A stretch of DNA of 63,760 nucleotides, filler included, from Sluysia triapertura (Eukaryota): assembly GCA_046118255.1 (NCBI GenBank). It is 5 parts of 5 records of this genome, joined end to end, with 100 filler letters (N's around TTAATTAATTAA, not from the genome) between each part and the next. Parts side by side here need not be neighbours in the genome. Positions count along the whole stretch, not along the records: positions 37,017 to 52,386 come from JBJNIA010230011.1; positions 52,487 to 63,760 come from JBJNIA010186514.1; 3 more parts are not named here. One strand, written 5' to 3'. This document shows positions 39,838-54,890 of the stretch, one piece after another (the stretch's first letter is position 1; each line of letters starts with the position of its first letter). Both the position numbers and the translations under genes were made by a program. The notes under the pieces were generated by a model. The model was not told the origin of the DNA. It searched no databases and was given only the letters and a program-made list of their open reading frames with translations.

Positions 39838-40499
39838 TAATAGTTGTAGTAGTTTTATTCACACATTGATTCCGTTCAAATTTAAGTTAAAATATAATGT
39901 GCATTTATATAACCAATATTTAAAATTAATCAATTTTTATGGCACCATAGATTTTTCTCAAAAATTTGTATGACGCATAAAACCCGATAGTGCCTGTTAA
40001 TAGCCAAAATGAAAATACTATCATCATACTATATGAAAAATATACCAACGTTGGTATAAAACCAGTTATTTGTAGCTAAATTAAAAGAATTATATAAATA
40101 GTTTCATAGTAATCATTTATAAAATTATCTTAAAGATTGTCAAGTTGTATTAATATAGGAATTTCATTGATTAAATACATACATTGATTGATTATTTGGA
40201 TTTGATAACAATGAATTAATATTGTCACATATTGATTTTTATTTTATGTAAATATTTGATTTTCATTTTTATGTAAATAATTTAAATTAATATTCGAAAC
40301 CATATTAATTTTTAATCGGAATTTAATATAAAGTAGGAATTTATGATAATATTTTTAAGATATTTTTCAATTAAAGAATTTATTATTTTTAAAAATATTT
40401 TTCAATTTACTAACGTGATTATTTCAAATTATTTTAAATTATTACCATTTTTTGGTTTGTTTTAGTCTGACCAGGGTCGGACTAAAACAACTATATAAG

Positions 40500-41242
40500 C
40501 ATCAAAATATTAACACATAATTTGACAAAATATTAAACAAAATTTCTAAGATTTTTACGAGATATCTATTCATTCGGATCAAATTTTTGTTACTTTATTA
40601 ATCACGTTAGTTTAATTATATTAAGGTAGATATTTTAAAAAATATCATACGAAAATAAACTTAAAATCATTTAAAGCAATGGCATCATATAGCAGATCCA
40701 TTGTAAAATCTATTTCTAAATTATAATTATAATTATTATTATTATCAACTATTTATTTGGTATCAATTTTTGCGTATAATTTAATAATAAATTTTTCTTG
40801 TCTATAATTATTTAATCATTTAATTTTTATAGTCTCAAAATATCCTAAAATTTAGCACGACAATTGCTTTCAAGAAGCTAGAATTTAACTATAACAAAGT
40901 AAAATCTGATATAACGATTCCATATAACGGAATCTACGAAAAATCATTAAATAAATTTCAATTTTCATTTTACGCATTAAAGTTTTAAGCATTTCTTATT
41001 AAATATTACAATATAAAATCTTCAAGTTAACTTACAGAGAACCTCAACTTGACAATTACTAAAGGATCTTAGCACTACAGTAGACATAAATAAAGTTTAC
41101 CTCCAGATAGGATTAAAGTTTTTTAGCATATCTTGAGACTTCACTTTACAAAATCCAACGGCTGGCCGTAACTGGTAAGCCCAGAACGTTGTTGAACTCA
41201 CTTTAAGTTAAGTTATATTTTATTTGCTTTACTTTTCTCACA
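40500..41242 (+). repeat. Gypsy-family 5' LTR (3' part)
   Basis: Similar to the reverse complement of 18700-18950; conserved motif at 41161-41201; ends TTCTCACA; followed by a PBS. Confidence 0.55.
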
Positions 41243-41252
41243 TAGAATAAAC

Positions 41253-41272
41253 TGGTGCCCCCAAACTGAGGA
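41253..41272 (+). promoter_or_regulatory. Primer-binding site
   Basis: TGGTGCCCCCAAACTGAGGA just after the LTR end; complementary to a tRNA 3' end (...GGGGCACCA), loosely like elongator tRNA-Met. Confidence 0.6.
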
Positions 41273-42580
41273 CCAATATTGCAAAAAGATTTTAAGAATA
41301 TAAATAATTATAAGTTTTTTTAGAAGAATTGGCAAGATTTTTAAGAAGAATAAATATAAAGATTAAGTAATTAAGAAGATTTTTGAAACAGTATTGATAT
41401 AAGAATTAAGTATTTAAGAAGAATTTAAGGATTAATATTGAATTTAAGAAGAATTTAAGGATTAATATTGAATTTAAGAAGAATTTGAAAATTAATATTA
41501 AGATTTTTGGAAGATTTCGTTAAGAATGATAAATTTAAGCAAAATTATTACTCCCTAAGCTAATTATTGATATATTAAGTAAGTTTTAAGAAAAATAGAG
41601 AAGCAACTTGTATTATACGAAGATTATAGATCAAAATTAAGGAATTATATGGCTTTACCTAATGAATTTAAGAAATATATGGGATAATTAGCCAGAGAAA
41701 TGCGTCCAATGTTCAGAATTAAGTGATGATCAAGAAGTAGAAACAGATATAGAAAATACCTTTAATAAAGAAACAGATGATGAAGAAATACAAGCAGAGG
41801 AAATAGAAACAGATTAAGGTGCTTATAACAGTGCCACAGAAGAAATGGAATCAATGCGAATAGCTGATAATGATAAAATAAATATCGCAGAAACTAAAAC
41901 TAAGGAAATTGATCAAAAAGTTGAAGAATTTTTATCAAATATGACTCATGGTAAAGACTTAAATGAAGATTTAAATGACTTATTCAATTTAGAATTAAGT
42001 TTACAGAATGGACATGATATTAAATTAGTATTAGCTATTTTAAACAAAGAAGATAGTTTATATAAGACAAAAGGAAGAAAATTATTAAGAAAAATAGGAC
42101 AAAAAGAAAGAAAAGATAACCCTAGGAACTAATGAAAATAAGTATAATTATTAATAATGCTTTGAATATTACTACGGAACTCTCAGTTACTTCAATTGAT
42201 AAAGATATTATAGAATTACTTAAGTCAAATGACCCTGATATTACTGATGTTGATTTATATTTTTATGGCAGAAAACTATTACCTAATGATTACATAAATG
42301 ATTACGGTTATCCATCCATGAGGAAGCATCAATGACTTCTGCAGCATAATGACATATACTAAGCCTTCCGATGATTTAAGAAAATTAGATGAATAAATGA
42401 TGACAATGATGTTGATTTAGGCAGAACTCCACTTTTACTACTAAGAGAATTAATGGAAGACAATTATAATGAAAATAATAACCATAATGAAAGCAAGATT
42501 ATAGATATTACCAATGACAATGATGATTATATCGAAGATAAACCCGATTATATAATAGATTTAAATAAAATTCAATAACA
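41273..42580 (+). mobile_element. 5' internal remnant of the env-gypsy family (leader with 30-bp tandem repeat, acidic region, UBL domain)
   Basis: ORFs 41845-42335 are paralogous to 54455-54900 (FNLELSL..KGRKLLRKI..ERKDNPR.LMKISI..SNDP..VDL.Y..YP); 30-bp tandem repeat at ~41415-41487. Confidence 0.75.
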
Positions 42581-45500
42581 AATCAATATGTGAACAAAAT
42601 ATTAATTTATTGTTACCAAATCAAAATAATCAATCAATGTATGTATTTAATCAATGACAGGAATGATTATGTTAATCCAAATTAAATAAATTAAAATTTT
42701 AAAATGTAGTGCATTTATGAAATAATTAATACAAAATTAATGCACTAATATTTATGATTTTGATATCAGAAAACATTCAATGATTTTCACATGATCTTTC
42801 ATTGCGCAATATAATTGCAACTTATTTTAATAACTTGTTCCTACCACAAGCAATTCAAGATTTGACATAAATAACAATTCCATTAGATATACATTGTTAT
42901 TAATATTTTAATGATTTTCCTACTTCTACTAGAAGTGACTATTCAAGCCTAAAGATTATCAGGTGCTCACCAATAACTAAAACTGGCAATTTTAACAATA
43001 ATTCCAGTTTAGAACGATGCTAAATAAATATTTTATTAACTTGCAGATTTATTCTTTTGGAATGGCTTTTGAAAATTGACCAATTACAATTTCCTTTAAT
43101 ACAGTATCACCAATGGATATCGTATCATATAAATACTTTTCATGTATTTATATGAGTTTGCATAAGAATTTTTAAATGTTTACCATCCTACCTGACAAAA
43201 ACAATTTTTCATTATTTTTTAAAAATTCTAATTTTTTATCTATTGCTTTTACTATTTGCACGATTAATTAAATTAACAGTGTAATGCACGGACCATTTAT
43301 CTTCAGTGACTCCAAATAATCTCCGGAAGTATAAATTCCAGTCAAAAATATCATATCATGACTAAGGAATTAAAAGAACGAAGCCCAAAAAATTGAATGC
43401 ATTACTCATTGATAACTTTCATGCTAGATTACTGAGTAGTGATTTCAAATGTCAGTGCATATAATTTAGATTTAGAAAACAAACAATACTAAAAATATTA
43501 TTTATTTAGTAAGCGACTGACAATTCATAGTTTAGGCGGTAAATTGTAATAGTGATAATTTATGAAAATAAGTTGAATGCATATTTGGAACAATGTATCT
43601 TTATCACTAACACAAATGCGAATGACGGTAACATAACCTCAACGATTTCGTCTTTCATGTAAGCATAACAATACAAAAAAATACATAAAATTAATAAAAA
43701 TATAAGAGAAATTAAATGAATCATATATTCAACAAGAAATCTCCAACAAACACATCACGTGACAATTTTGTTATGTCACCGAACAGTACAATGTGCTTAT
43801 GTATTATTAGAAAATTACATATTTATGTACATAATTGAATGAGCTACAATATAGCTATAAATGTGCTATCATTTCATAATAAAAGCAGCTATTTGAGTTA
43901 AAAATGTTTCCAATAATTTTGACGTTCTTGTACTAATATTTATTATTAAAAGAAAATTTCGTATTTATGGTTACTTTTACATGACTTTTAGAATCAACTA
44001 GGAATTGAACAATTTGTATGATTTGAAGAGCTTTCTTTTTATTATTCGAACTAGATGAGATATTTATAATGATACTTTAATCATGTTATACATTATGTGA
44101 AACCAAAGATTCCTAATTATGGGAAAACCATTAATTTTTTTCTAAGAAAAATTTAAATTATTTTAATGGCAACAGAAATGGAAATCAATGCATCTTTAAA
44201 GGAAGCGCTCCTGTAGCAGTATTCGTAAATGCTTAACTGATCACGATTAAACACAATTAATTATTTAATTAATTAAATAATCTTAATTTGAAACATATTC
44301 CAAGTATGAAAAAACGTTTGCTTAGCTTTCAAAAAAGTAATTCAACGATTAAAAATAATTCAAAATTATAACACATAATTTCATTTTAAATACCATCGGT
44401 TATTTACATGTATCACTGCCAAGTAAATGTTTTCAAATATTTACAAAATATATTTTATACTTGTTTGAAAACAGGCGCTTTGTCGAAATACTAGTTTTTG
44501 CCTCACGTACTCACATTTCATATGTACAATTGAAAAGTAAGAGAATTGTAAGATACACAAAATGATAAAGAGAACAAAGACTAACATAAAATCAAAAAAG
44601 AGATTAAGGATTTTCAAAAATTTCTCAGAGTCTCACTTCTGATTATTACTCATTTTCGGTTAACTTATGATAGAATTATGCAATTTTGAAATATTATACC
44701 AAATTGACGATAAATAAAATCTGTACAAAGATACAAAACACTACTGAAAATTCTTTACTAAAATCCGTATCGTAAAATAAATTTAATATTTTTACTAATG
44801 GAATTAATTAATGATCTACCTCTCTTAAACTAATATATCATTCTATTAACCTATGTGGCAAAGATTCACATAATCTTTTTGAAGCTACCTCTACCTTTCG
44901 TAATACTAATACATTACATTGTACATTTTCTGTCATAAAACTATATAATGTTAAATCATGTTTCACGAAATTTAAATAATAATTGAAAGTAGAATAGTCG
45001 CGAAACTTATCGATATTTCCGCATAAAAATATTGCTATGATTTGTTATTGATAAAAATAATAAACTTCAATTATTTCATTTAGTGTTGGTGTTGCTAATT
45101 TTGTATTAAACAATTAATCACTATTTTATGTTAAATAATCAAATCAGTATTGATTAGAATACAGTATTTCACATCTTAATAATTTCAGACTAACAACGCA
45201 TTAAACAAGCTAATAGCATATACTTTAGTATCTAATCACTAAAGTGCAACATTATAAGTTAACATATCATCTCACATTAAATAATATAACATAAATAAAA
45301 TTATTAATTTAATGTAAAATATATCGATTACTATTACTATTAATAATTATGATTATGATTATTATTCAATATTGTTTAAAAATCTTGCAATTAATATATA
45401 ACAATAAAGCTTTTAGAAATATTTTTCAAAAGTTTTATTAACTTTTATTAATTCGTCAAGAATAAGTAATAATGCAAAGCAATTGACTGTTTTATCAATT

Positions 45501-48500
45501 AGATTTACATTGTCAAAGTGTGACTTTGCTTAGTCGAAGTTTTAATCGCTGAATAAAATGAAACGCAAGCAATTACTTATTCTGAAAAAGATTAATAACT
45601 CAGTATTTTCAATAATAGAAACAATAGCAAGAAAAACATTTGCATAAGAGAAAACAATGTATACAAAATGTATGAAAATAGATGCAACTAGAAACAAATT
45701 ATATTCTCTTTGCAATTTCTGCCCAAATTTCAAAATGAAACAATATTATTTTTCATATCAAGAATAGAAATATTTTTCAAAATACCTATTAAAAATTAAT
45801 AATCAAAAAACAATAACTGTAAATGTAAGAAAATAAAAGTTGAAATTAACTTCATTTAAAAGCAAAATCTTAACGCAATTAAATAATAGATAAAACAGAC
45901 ATCTAGATATCTAGACCTTAGATTGTTTCATTATTACTCACTGCCTTATTGATGATCAATTGGTTGGACATTATTTACCTATTAGATATGACCCACTACT
46001 CTAGATTTTATGAAAATTATTGATTTTACACCGTTCATTAACTAATCATTGAATATATTTAACATTCGTGCGATTGATACACTCACATTACTCGTATCTT
46101 AATTTGGACATTATTGTTAATTTACAAATTACTCCATTATTCAATTTGTTGGCTACTTTATTGATCATTTTGGCATTATTAATTCATGGTGTTACTCACA
46201 TTATTCGGTGGTTAATATATCGATATTTTGATGTTACTTATCTCAAAAATACTATTCGAATCACTTATATTACTCAGGTAATATGAGTTGATACTATAAA
46301 TTGCCTAAATTGTAATTAAATAAATAATAATCATTTAAAAATAATTTGTAATCTAAATTCAAGTTTTAGAGTTTAATATAAAATCCTTAATTAACTTCAA
46401 AGTTAATTTCAAAGTTATTATATTATCCAATAAGTTCTTTCATTGGAATATATCTTAATGTCTTTGTAAATTAACTTGACAGGGATTTTAGTGATACAAA
46501 GATTGAGACTCCAATTAAGATTCAATTATAATGAAGCACCAAATAAGTATTAAAACAACTGAATGTTAAAGCATTAAGTATTAGAGCAGTTAAACTAGTC
46601 TACTTAATAAAACATAAATATTTACGACAAGTGAACAAACGCTGTGTAAAACACAAAATTCCAGTACGTAACACCCCATAATTCATAACATATACGAAAA
46701 TGTCCGATTTTAACATCATAGATTTTAAGTCATATATTTAATGTATTTACCAAGTTCATAAACATATACAAATATTATACCTAAACAACGAAATCTTTAC
46801 CAGATATATTAATTAGTATTAGTGACAATTTTGCAGAATTATTATATTTATTGGCAAATTCCACACAGTATTATTCTTAGGATTACACGAACCAAACAAA
46901 AAACGTTCTCGTAGTAGGATTTGATCTCTTTGTTGATCAGTTGTGACATCGTAAATCAAATAAAAATGAATATGCAAAATAAATTGACACATTGTTTGTA
47001 ATCACAAAATAGTTTGACAATATTAGTATTGAGACTTAAGAACGATTAAAGAATCGAGAAAAGCCCGCGGAATCAAAGGCTATGTTTGTAGAAATCAAAG
47101 TAAAAGATAGTTTCAACAATGAACAATTAATTATTATTGAATCAACAAGCAATCAACAATTCAACATAAAGATTATCTTGATCCTGATATTGCGGTACCC
47201 AAATCCAATTATGTTGACGTGACGTTTGTAAGTATATTATTTTTAGTGAATTGTCTATGTTTGACTTTTGTCTTAGTTTTAATTGTCATGTATTAATCTA
47301 TGAATGTGTTTATTATTATTTTAGGGTAGATCTGAGACCCATTAAAGTAACTGTAAATTTTATGCGTATAGTAGAGATAATGAATGCAATAACAATGATA
47401 TTGTTATCATCTGGAATTCAAATTGAAATAAATGTGAGCCAAAGTTTGAAACTGAATTAAAGTTATAAGTGATAACTTATGTAACGAAGCAGATCAAGCT
47501 TATGATTAAACGTGATAAAATTATATTTAAATAAATTATATTTAATAAAGTAATGATAATAAAAAATTCTTTTGTATTGTACACATATGTATTGATGAAG
47601 TTTTATGTTTTCACTCACTGAGAAGTAGTTCAAAATTACACCAAGCTCCTTCTCATCAATATATTAAGGGAATGAAATTCATGAACAATTACTTCATAAG
47701 CAACACCGGTGTTATTATTCTTATGAAAGCATTAAGTAATATATACGAGGCACATTCAAATTCAATAATTTCAATTCGGCCTAACCGCATTTCATTCCAA
47801 ATAATTACATTAACAGTAACTTTTAAAAATACACACACCTTATATAAATCTTTAACTTCACAAAATGCTAAATATAGTCTACTCATAAAGCAACTTTAAA
47901 CGTTGAAAAACGATTTTCATCAAGGCAAGCATTGAATAAAGCCCAGATAGAGTTAAATAATTTAAGTGATGAAACCATTAAGAGAAAATTAATGAAATAA
48001 GTTACAATAACTGCAAAGGAATAGATTTTGTTTTGTTAATAGATTTTTTAATTTTCGTCAACTTTATCTTTTAATGTATTACAAAAGTTTCAAATTTTCA
48101 TTAATTCATTAAGTCAAAAAATAGTTTGACTATTGTTACTGCGTAAGAAAATGAATATAATTCCAAAAAACAATAACTTCAACAGTCAAGTGAGTCTATA
48201 CTTCAATAAGTTAAGTTCTGAACAAGAAAACTACTACGTTTATGAAAACGAGAATAAACAAGATAATATACGATGCATAAAAATATCTGTTATACTAATG
48301 AAATAAAGTTAAATTATTCAAAAGAAGCATAACAAGAAAATAGTGGAATCTCAACATTCACAAATATGACAAGTTATTTGAATAATAGTACAAATATAGT
48401 GTTATTGCGAAATATAAAACTTTTGATTATGCAATATATCTAGCCTTAATTACTCCAAAAAATTCCTCAATTGGATTCAGCTAAGGTGTATTTATAATTT

Positions 48501-50113
48501 ATAAACAATTCCATTGGGCGTCAAGAGACAGCTAATAGCACACATTAGGCTTTATTCTCTTTCATTTTTTATACATTTTTATAAAATATTTTTTATTTCC
48601 TAATCAAAAATTGTATTTTGTAAACAAAATTTTTATATTTCGTAATAACACTTTAAATAAAAAAACAAATAAATAAATTAGAATGTAGACGAATTATTGA
48701 ATAATAAATCGAAAATAGTATTAAAATTATTGTAAAAATGAAAACCATTAAGAAAATGATAAAAGATACTGATATTTGTATTTTATTTGATTATTTACAA
48801 TTTTCGTAAATTGTGTCAGAAAAGTTATGAATTCAAAAACAAAGAACATTTCTACAAATGAAAAAATAATTTCTGCTGATAATAAATTAGAAATACCAAC
48901 TGAAGAAGTGCTCAGAATCGATAAAAAATTTGAGAGTGAACAAATCAAAGACTAGAATTTCTTTTATTTTTAAAATTTTCTGTACATTTTAAAAATTTTT
49001 CTAAAATGAGATTGCTTAATATCATAATTAACGGATTTAGTATTTTCTTTATCAGCAAAATCAATTAATATGTTGCTACTTATGATTTTCTACAATAATT
49101 AATTCTGGAGTTTTTAAAATATTTTAAATATTCAGAACACCTTTTGATATAAAAATTATAAAAATTATCTGTTTTATCTAAATTTTGCGTTTAATTTTTA
49201 TTTTATTTTGACTTTTGATTTTCATTCTTTACAACTGTTTATCATCAATTCTGAACATCTCTTCATTTGGTTTTTCGAATTCCTTATTAACATAAATAAT
49301 TTTTTAATTTATATTTTCTTGTAAGCAAAATCAAGTAATCAGTTTCAACTCTAGGTTTCTTACAATTATGTACTTTTTTTGAAAATACTTTCCAAATCCA
49401 GAACACAAAATTTAAAAATTAAAATAAATTTTTTACTTATAAATAACTTTTAATTATTTTTATTTTTAACATTTGTATTTATGAAGTATTAATAAATTTG
49501 AAACAGTCTGTAATATTAACTTAATTGCCAAAATTGGAAATCATATATTCATTGACATGTTTAATAAAATTTGGTTTTAAACTAAAATGAAAATATGTTT
49601 GTATTTCATTATTCCTAATACAACTTTTTATACACACTGTTTTAAACATTCAATTATAATTAATATTTCTAACTTTAGTAATAAAATAGAATATTGAATA
49701 TCCAAATATGTAAAACGCAGAACCTCCCGATACGATAAATGTGCGCCACCACCAATGATAATCCTGAATAAAATTAAAATGTTAAACAAAGTAAACAAAA
49801 TAATCTAAAAATAGAGATTTTCAACAAACTAAAATAAATAGAAACGTGATACCTTTGAGACACTAGGAGTTATTCAGTTGTTTATTTTCATTCGAAGGTT
49901 AAAAAACTCGTTTAAATTTAATAGATAAAAGGTTACATTTATCCAATTTGGTTTAATTAGAATATTTTAATTTCGAAAAATAACTCACTTCTGAGCATAA
50001 CTGCAAATAAACCATTGCTATAGAAACTTGTGCTACAGATATGACCAATATTAAAAACACAATGAAAAGGAATCCAAATAAATAATAGAATTGTTTTTCC
50101 CATATAGCCTATA

Positions 50114-50150
<37 letters not shown>

Positions 50151-50629
50151 TAATCATAGAAATAAAAAAACTAAAACTAAAGAAAAACTAGAAAAACTAA
50201 ACATAATGGATTTATTAGCAAAAACAATAATTAATAAAATGAGCATCAATTCTTTCTTGACTATGATAATTTTAGTATAACGCAAAGTTTCTTTATGTCA
50301 AAAATTTTAAACAAAAATTGTAACTCGAATAGTCCCTTTCGCGGTTCTGTTTTTTTGAATCACATTTAGAAATTTGATGACATTGGAATTAAAATAAATT
50401 AAAGACTGAAGAGCTATCTCGATATACTTTATTTTAATATCATTTCCCTTATGACATTTTTTTATTATATAAGTGTCATTTTTCGATACATGCGTAGTTG
50501 TATCACATTTGGTAATCTAGTGACAGTGGCATTTTAACATTTTCACGCTGACTACGACTACATGCATAATGACAATTTGCTTAAAGCAATCACTTTCGAA
50601 AATTACGTTTCTTTTATTGGGTTCTTTTA

Positions 50630-51238
50630 TGTTCTTAAAGAACGAAATTTGCTTCTCAAACGTCAAGAAAATGATCCATTTTTGAAATGAATTATTACTG
50701 GCGACGAGAAATGGGTTGTTTACAAAAAATGTTAAGCGCAAGAGATGAACCAGCTCAAACTATTTCAAAGGCCGATATCTGTTTGGTGGGATTCCGCGGG
50801 CAATACCACGATTAATCATGAAGTTTATTGTGATCAACTGGACAAATTGAACGATTCACTCAAACAGAAAAGACTAGAATTGACCAATAGAAAATGTATA
50901 GGTTCCACTATAATAATGCGAGACCTCAGACAAGTTTGGCATCTGGCCAAAAGCTTTTGCAACATATTCTTCAGATTTGGCCCCTTCAGACTATTACATG
51001 TTCCAGTTTCAGCAAAATTCTTTGGACAGGAAGACCTTCACTTCACATCAGGACGTCAAATGTCACTTGAACCAATTTTTTGCCAAAACAGATCAGAAGT
51101 TTTATGAGCGTGGAAGCATTCTTCTGCCCGAAAGATGGCAAAATGGATAATATATAATTTAACAAACTGTTTATAGACTAAAAAATATCTTGTTTCATTT
51201 TCACCAAAGAAACGAAATTATTTTCCGAACTCAATGTA
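50630..51238 (+). mobile_element. Mariner transposase remnant with 3' TIR
   Basis: NDPFLK*IITGDEKWV, VWWD, VYCDQLDKL, NNARP, YSSDLAPSDY (YSPDLAPSDY motif), LPERWQ; TIR-like AAACGAAATTATTTTCCGAACTCAAT. Confidence 0.9.
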
Positions 51239-52348
51239 ATATAATTAGAAAATAGAAAATCTTATATGCAAATTTTAATAATTAACCAGGCAAAATATAA
51301 GAAATAAAATGTTTGGTTATCTATCGTACATATCAAACTATCTTTTAAATCCAGAAAATCGCTTCTTTCAATCAAAAAAACAATTTATGCCGTAGATCAG
51401 GTGCCTTCAACATTTAAGAAGACTAGGTTTGATTGATGCCGCAGTGCGACATTTCGTAGGACAATGAACAAATTGTTATAAATAGTATTAATTAATCGAG
51501 AATAGTGCTTAAACACAGAAGATAAAATAACTGATTTAAGGCCAGCAAATATTATTAAACAAAAATTTTTATTCCCTTCATATCGACTTCTACATTAAAG
51601 CATAAGAGACTCAAAGCAGATTTAATGTGATCATTATGATCATTACAAATGTCAAACAAAAAGAAACCTCTAACTTCAACTGAATCGATACATTCTGCAA
51701 ATTTTAATGGGAAATCATGATACTTTGATTGACTACTATCATTCTTTTCTTCGTAGACCTGTACTATATCCTTTCCTCGTAATTTACGTACTTGACGCTT
51801 ATTTCTCACAATTAATTGATATGAGGACACAATTTCAGAAATGCCGTAAGGAGATAGTATTAGTGATATCTAGGTTTTCTTGCGGATCATGAATTTATGA
51901 TTAACATTTAAACCTACAAAATTTAAAAACTTTCTGAAATGTTCATCGTTTTTATAGTGTCTTGACGATCAAAAATAGGATCTTTCAAAGTTCTAATTAT
52001 GTTAAGATTAAAGCAATGGGATGTAAGATGTATGGAATGTTTCGTAGATGTTTATAGAGGTTTAGTAGGTATTGAGTAATATCAAGCACTGAATTTATTT
52101 TGACGCAAATTTCTAACATTAACATGGTTTATTGAAAATCAAAATTATTGATTTTTTTATATTTATTGAAGTCAATTGAAAATTGATTTTATTGAAAATC
52201 AAAAATATTTTGTTTTACTTTTGACTTTCAAAACGACTATACTATTTGTTATTTTGTAGAATGTTATATAAACATTGCTATACTTAAATTAACATACATT
52301 ATTGTTAATTTTTTAAACGTCACACTCAAACTTTAAATCACTATGTTC

Positions 52349-52385
<37 letters not shown>

Positions 52386-52487
52386 TNNNNNNNNNNNNNN
52401 NNNNNNNNNNNNNNNNNNNNNNNNNNNNNNTTAATTAATTAANNNNNNNNNNNNNNNNNNNNNNNNNNNNNNNNNNNNNNNNNNNNC

Positions 52488-53165
52488 AAACAAACCACTC
52501 TACAAACATTTCAAACTCACTTCTAGATTCTCCTCTTCCATAGCAATCATCTCATATTCAATTCATTATATTTGTATCATTCTAAGTATAAAAATGTCAA
52601 CATTTCATAATTAAGAATTAATTAAAATTTGAATTTGCTCAATATTAAGGCTTTCCTTGTATGAACTCGGTCACACCATACCTTCATCGAAATGTCTTTT
52701 CAAAATAAATGCATACACAATTTCAAATTTAATATAGCATTCCGCATTCAAACTTTATTCACGAAAATGTATTTTTCCTTAATTAATTAAGATTTTAATT
52801 ACGATTTTAGACTTAATTTTATTTTATGTTTAAAGGTTTAATTAAGGTCCTAGAGTTATTTAGTAGTTTATGAGGTATTCATAAGACTCTAGATGTTTTC
52901 ACCTTCACCGCCCTGATTCCTTTATCTACTTCATTATGTTAATTATTACCATAGGAGATTTATCTTTGATACCAATAACAATGATTTTATTTCTCAAATA
53001 TTTTAAATACTTTATAAGGTTACTAAAGGATCTCAAATGCTTATCGATGTTCCAAGAGTACTTAAAGGTTACTAAGGTCTTAAATGATCTTAAGGCTCAC
53101 AAGTTCAAAGTTACCTTAATGCTTTGAAAGATTTTCAAAGTCCATCTCAAACTTCCATCTCATGT
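52488..53165 (+). repeat. Dispersed ~600-bp repeat (copy 2)
   Basis: Homologous to 37120-37730. Confidence 0.75.
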
Positions 53166-53339
53166 CTCAAACTCTTATATAGGTGTGGGGAGGGCTTTTT
53201 ATACCTTAAAATTAACAAATTATAATTATTTTTGTTTATTTCTTTTCTTTGTAAACAGTTATTATAAAAATGAAATTTTGAAACTGTAAATAATGCAATC
53301 TAAATAAAAATTTGTAAATAATTTAAATTTAAGTGAAAA

Positions 53340-54100
53340 TTTGTAAAAAATGAAGCAATGTTAATAAATAAACTTAAGAATGGTCTACGACCCGAATTGC
53401 AAGTATTTGTAAGTTTAAGAGATAATATACCGTTTAAAGTAGTGGTAAAGACATTAAGGGGTATCGAAATATCACAAAAAGAAACTGAAAAACCACGAAA
53501 AGAAAAAGATAACATAAATTATATAGATAATAATGTTACAACTATTAGGTTACACCTAAAAACAAGTCTAGAGATTATTTCGAGGATAGTGATTTTGAAA
53601 CAAATAAATTTCAAGAAAATAAAAGAGGTTTAAATAGCTATAATTCAAGAAACAATTATCACAATCAAGGAAAAAATTACCAAAATTCAGGGAGAGATTA
53701 TCACCTTTCAGACAGAAACTATCAAAATACAAGAAGAACTACAAGAGGATTTGCAAGAAACTATTCGAACAATGCTTCCAGAGATTATGAGCAACGACTA
53801 CTTCCAAGATGATAGACAAAAAAATAAAAGTCCATCTAGACCAAATTATAATAATTACAAAACAAGAACTAATACAGAAGGAGAAATAATATGTCATGGT
53901 TATAACAAACCAGAATACTATGCTCGCAATTGCAACAAATTGAAATCCGAAACTTTCAAACAAAATTTCAATAAAAATAGACAAAGCTCTCCAGGAAGAG
54001 TAAAGTTTGAAGGCAAGGGACAGATCACTTGTAATTACGATGAAGATTACGAAGATTCTGGTTATGAAAAATATCCAAGAGGAAATGTTACGTAGAGCAA
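53340..54100 (+). pseudogene. gag: Gag, C-terminal part
   Basis: LKNGLRPELQ helix, heptad-like RNYQN repeats (53650-53740), decayed zinc knuckle ICHGYNKPEYYARNC (CX2CX4HX4C). Confidence 0.7.
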
Positions 54101-54689
54101 AGTTAGATAGTATGGATATGCACAAAGAAAGGAGAAAAACAAAGATAGATCAAGAAGAGGATGAAACATTCATTAATTACTTTTTTCGGAAAAAGGAGAA
54201 TGAAGATAAAAAGAGAATAGTGAAAGTAGTAAAGGAACAACAGAAACTGACCACACAAGAAATAGAAGAAAAGAAAAGAGCCGAAGCAATTATTAAAAGA
54301 TGGGAAAAAGATAATAATATAATAAACGAAGAAGAGTTAAACACCCAAGCAGATGAATCAATTAATGAAGATGACTTAGTTGATGATATAATTGAGGATA
54401 TCGATTCGATAATTATATTAGGTAATGAAGAGGAAGAGCCAATAGTTGACTTAGATGATAAAAGAAAAACGTACACTCCCGAACCATCAGGCATTTCTTA
54501 CTGAATTAGAAAATGATGATGATATCGATAGAAATTTGGATAAATTTTTGAATTTAGACTTAAATTTGTTTAATACGCAGAGTATCAAACCAAGCTTAGT
54601 TATATTAAGTGAAGCCAGCAATCCTCATCAATATAAGGCAAGAAAACTATTAAAAAAGATTGCATTAATGGAAAGAAAAATAGATCCAC

Positions 54690-54890
54690 GAATGTTAATG
54701 AAAATTAATATATCTTTAAATGGACTTATCAATATTTTCATGGAATTACCAGTAATTTCCTTGATTTCAAGACATTATTAACATAATAAAATCGAATGAT
54801 CCATCCATTTTGAACGTAGACTTATTCTATGATAATATATATTTAATACATACAGATTTTCTTAATAATTATGTTTATCCATTAGGAAAC
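54690..54890 (+). pseudogene. Ubiquitin-like domain within the retrotransposon polyprotein
   Basis: Paralog at 42132-42310 reads MKISIII..TELSV..LYFYGRKLLPNDYINDYGY, compared with ubiquitin LIFAGKQLEDGRTLSDYNI. Confidence 0.45.

Noticed and set aside
41415-41487. CRISPR-like repeats (also the 19-bp repeat at 59822-59869)
   Set aside because: Head-to-tail tandem duplications without unique spacers, in eukaryotic DNA.
53739-54494. Minus-strand ORFs over the gag/acidic region
   Set aside because: Antisense shadows of the purine-rich plus-strand coding sequence.
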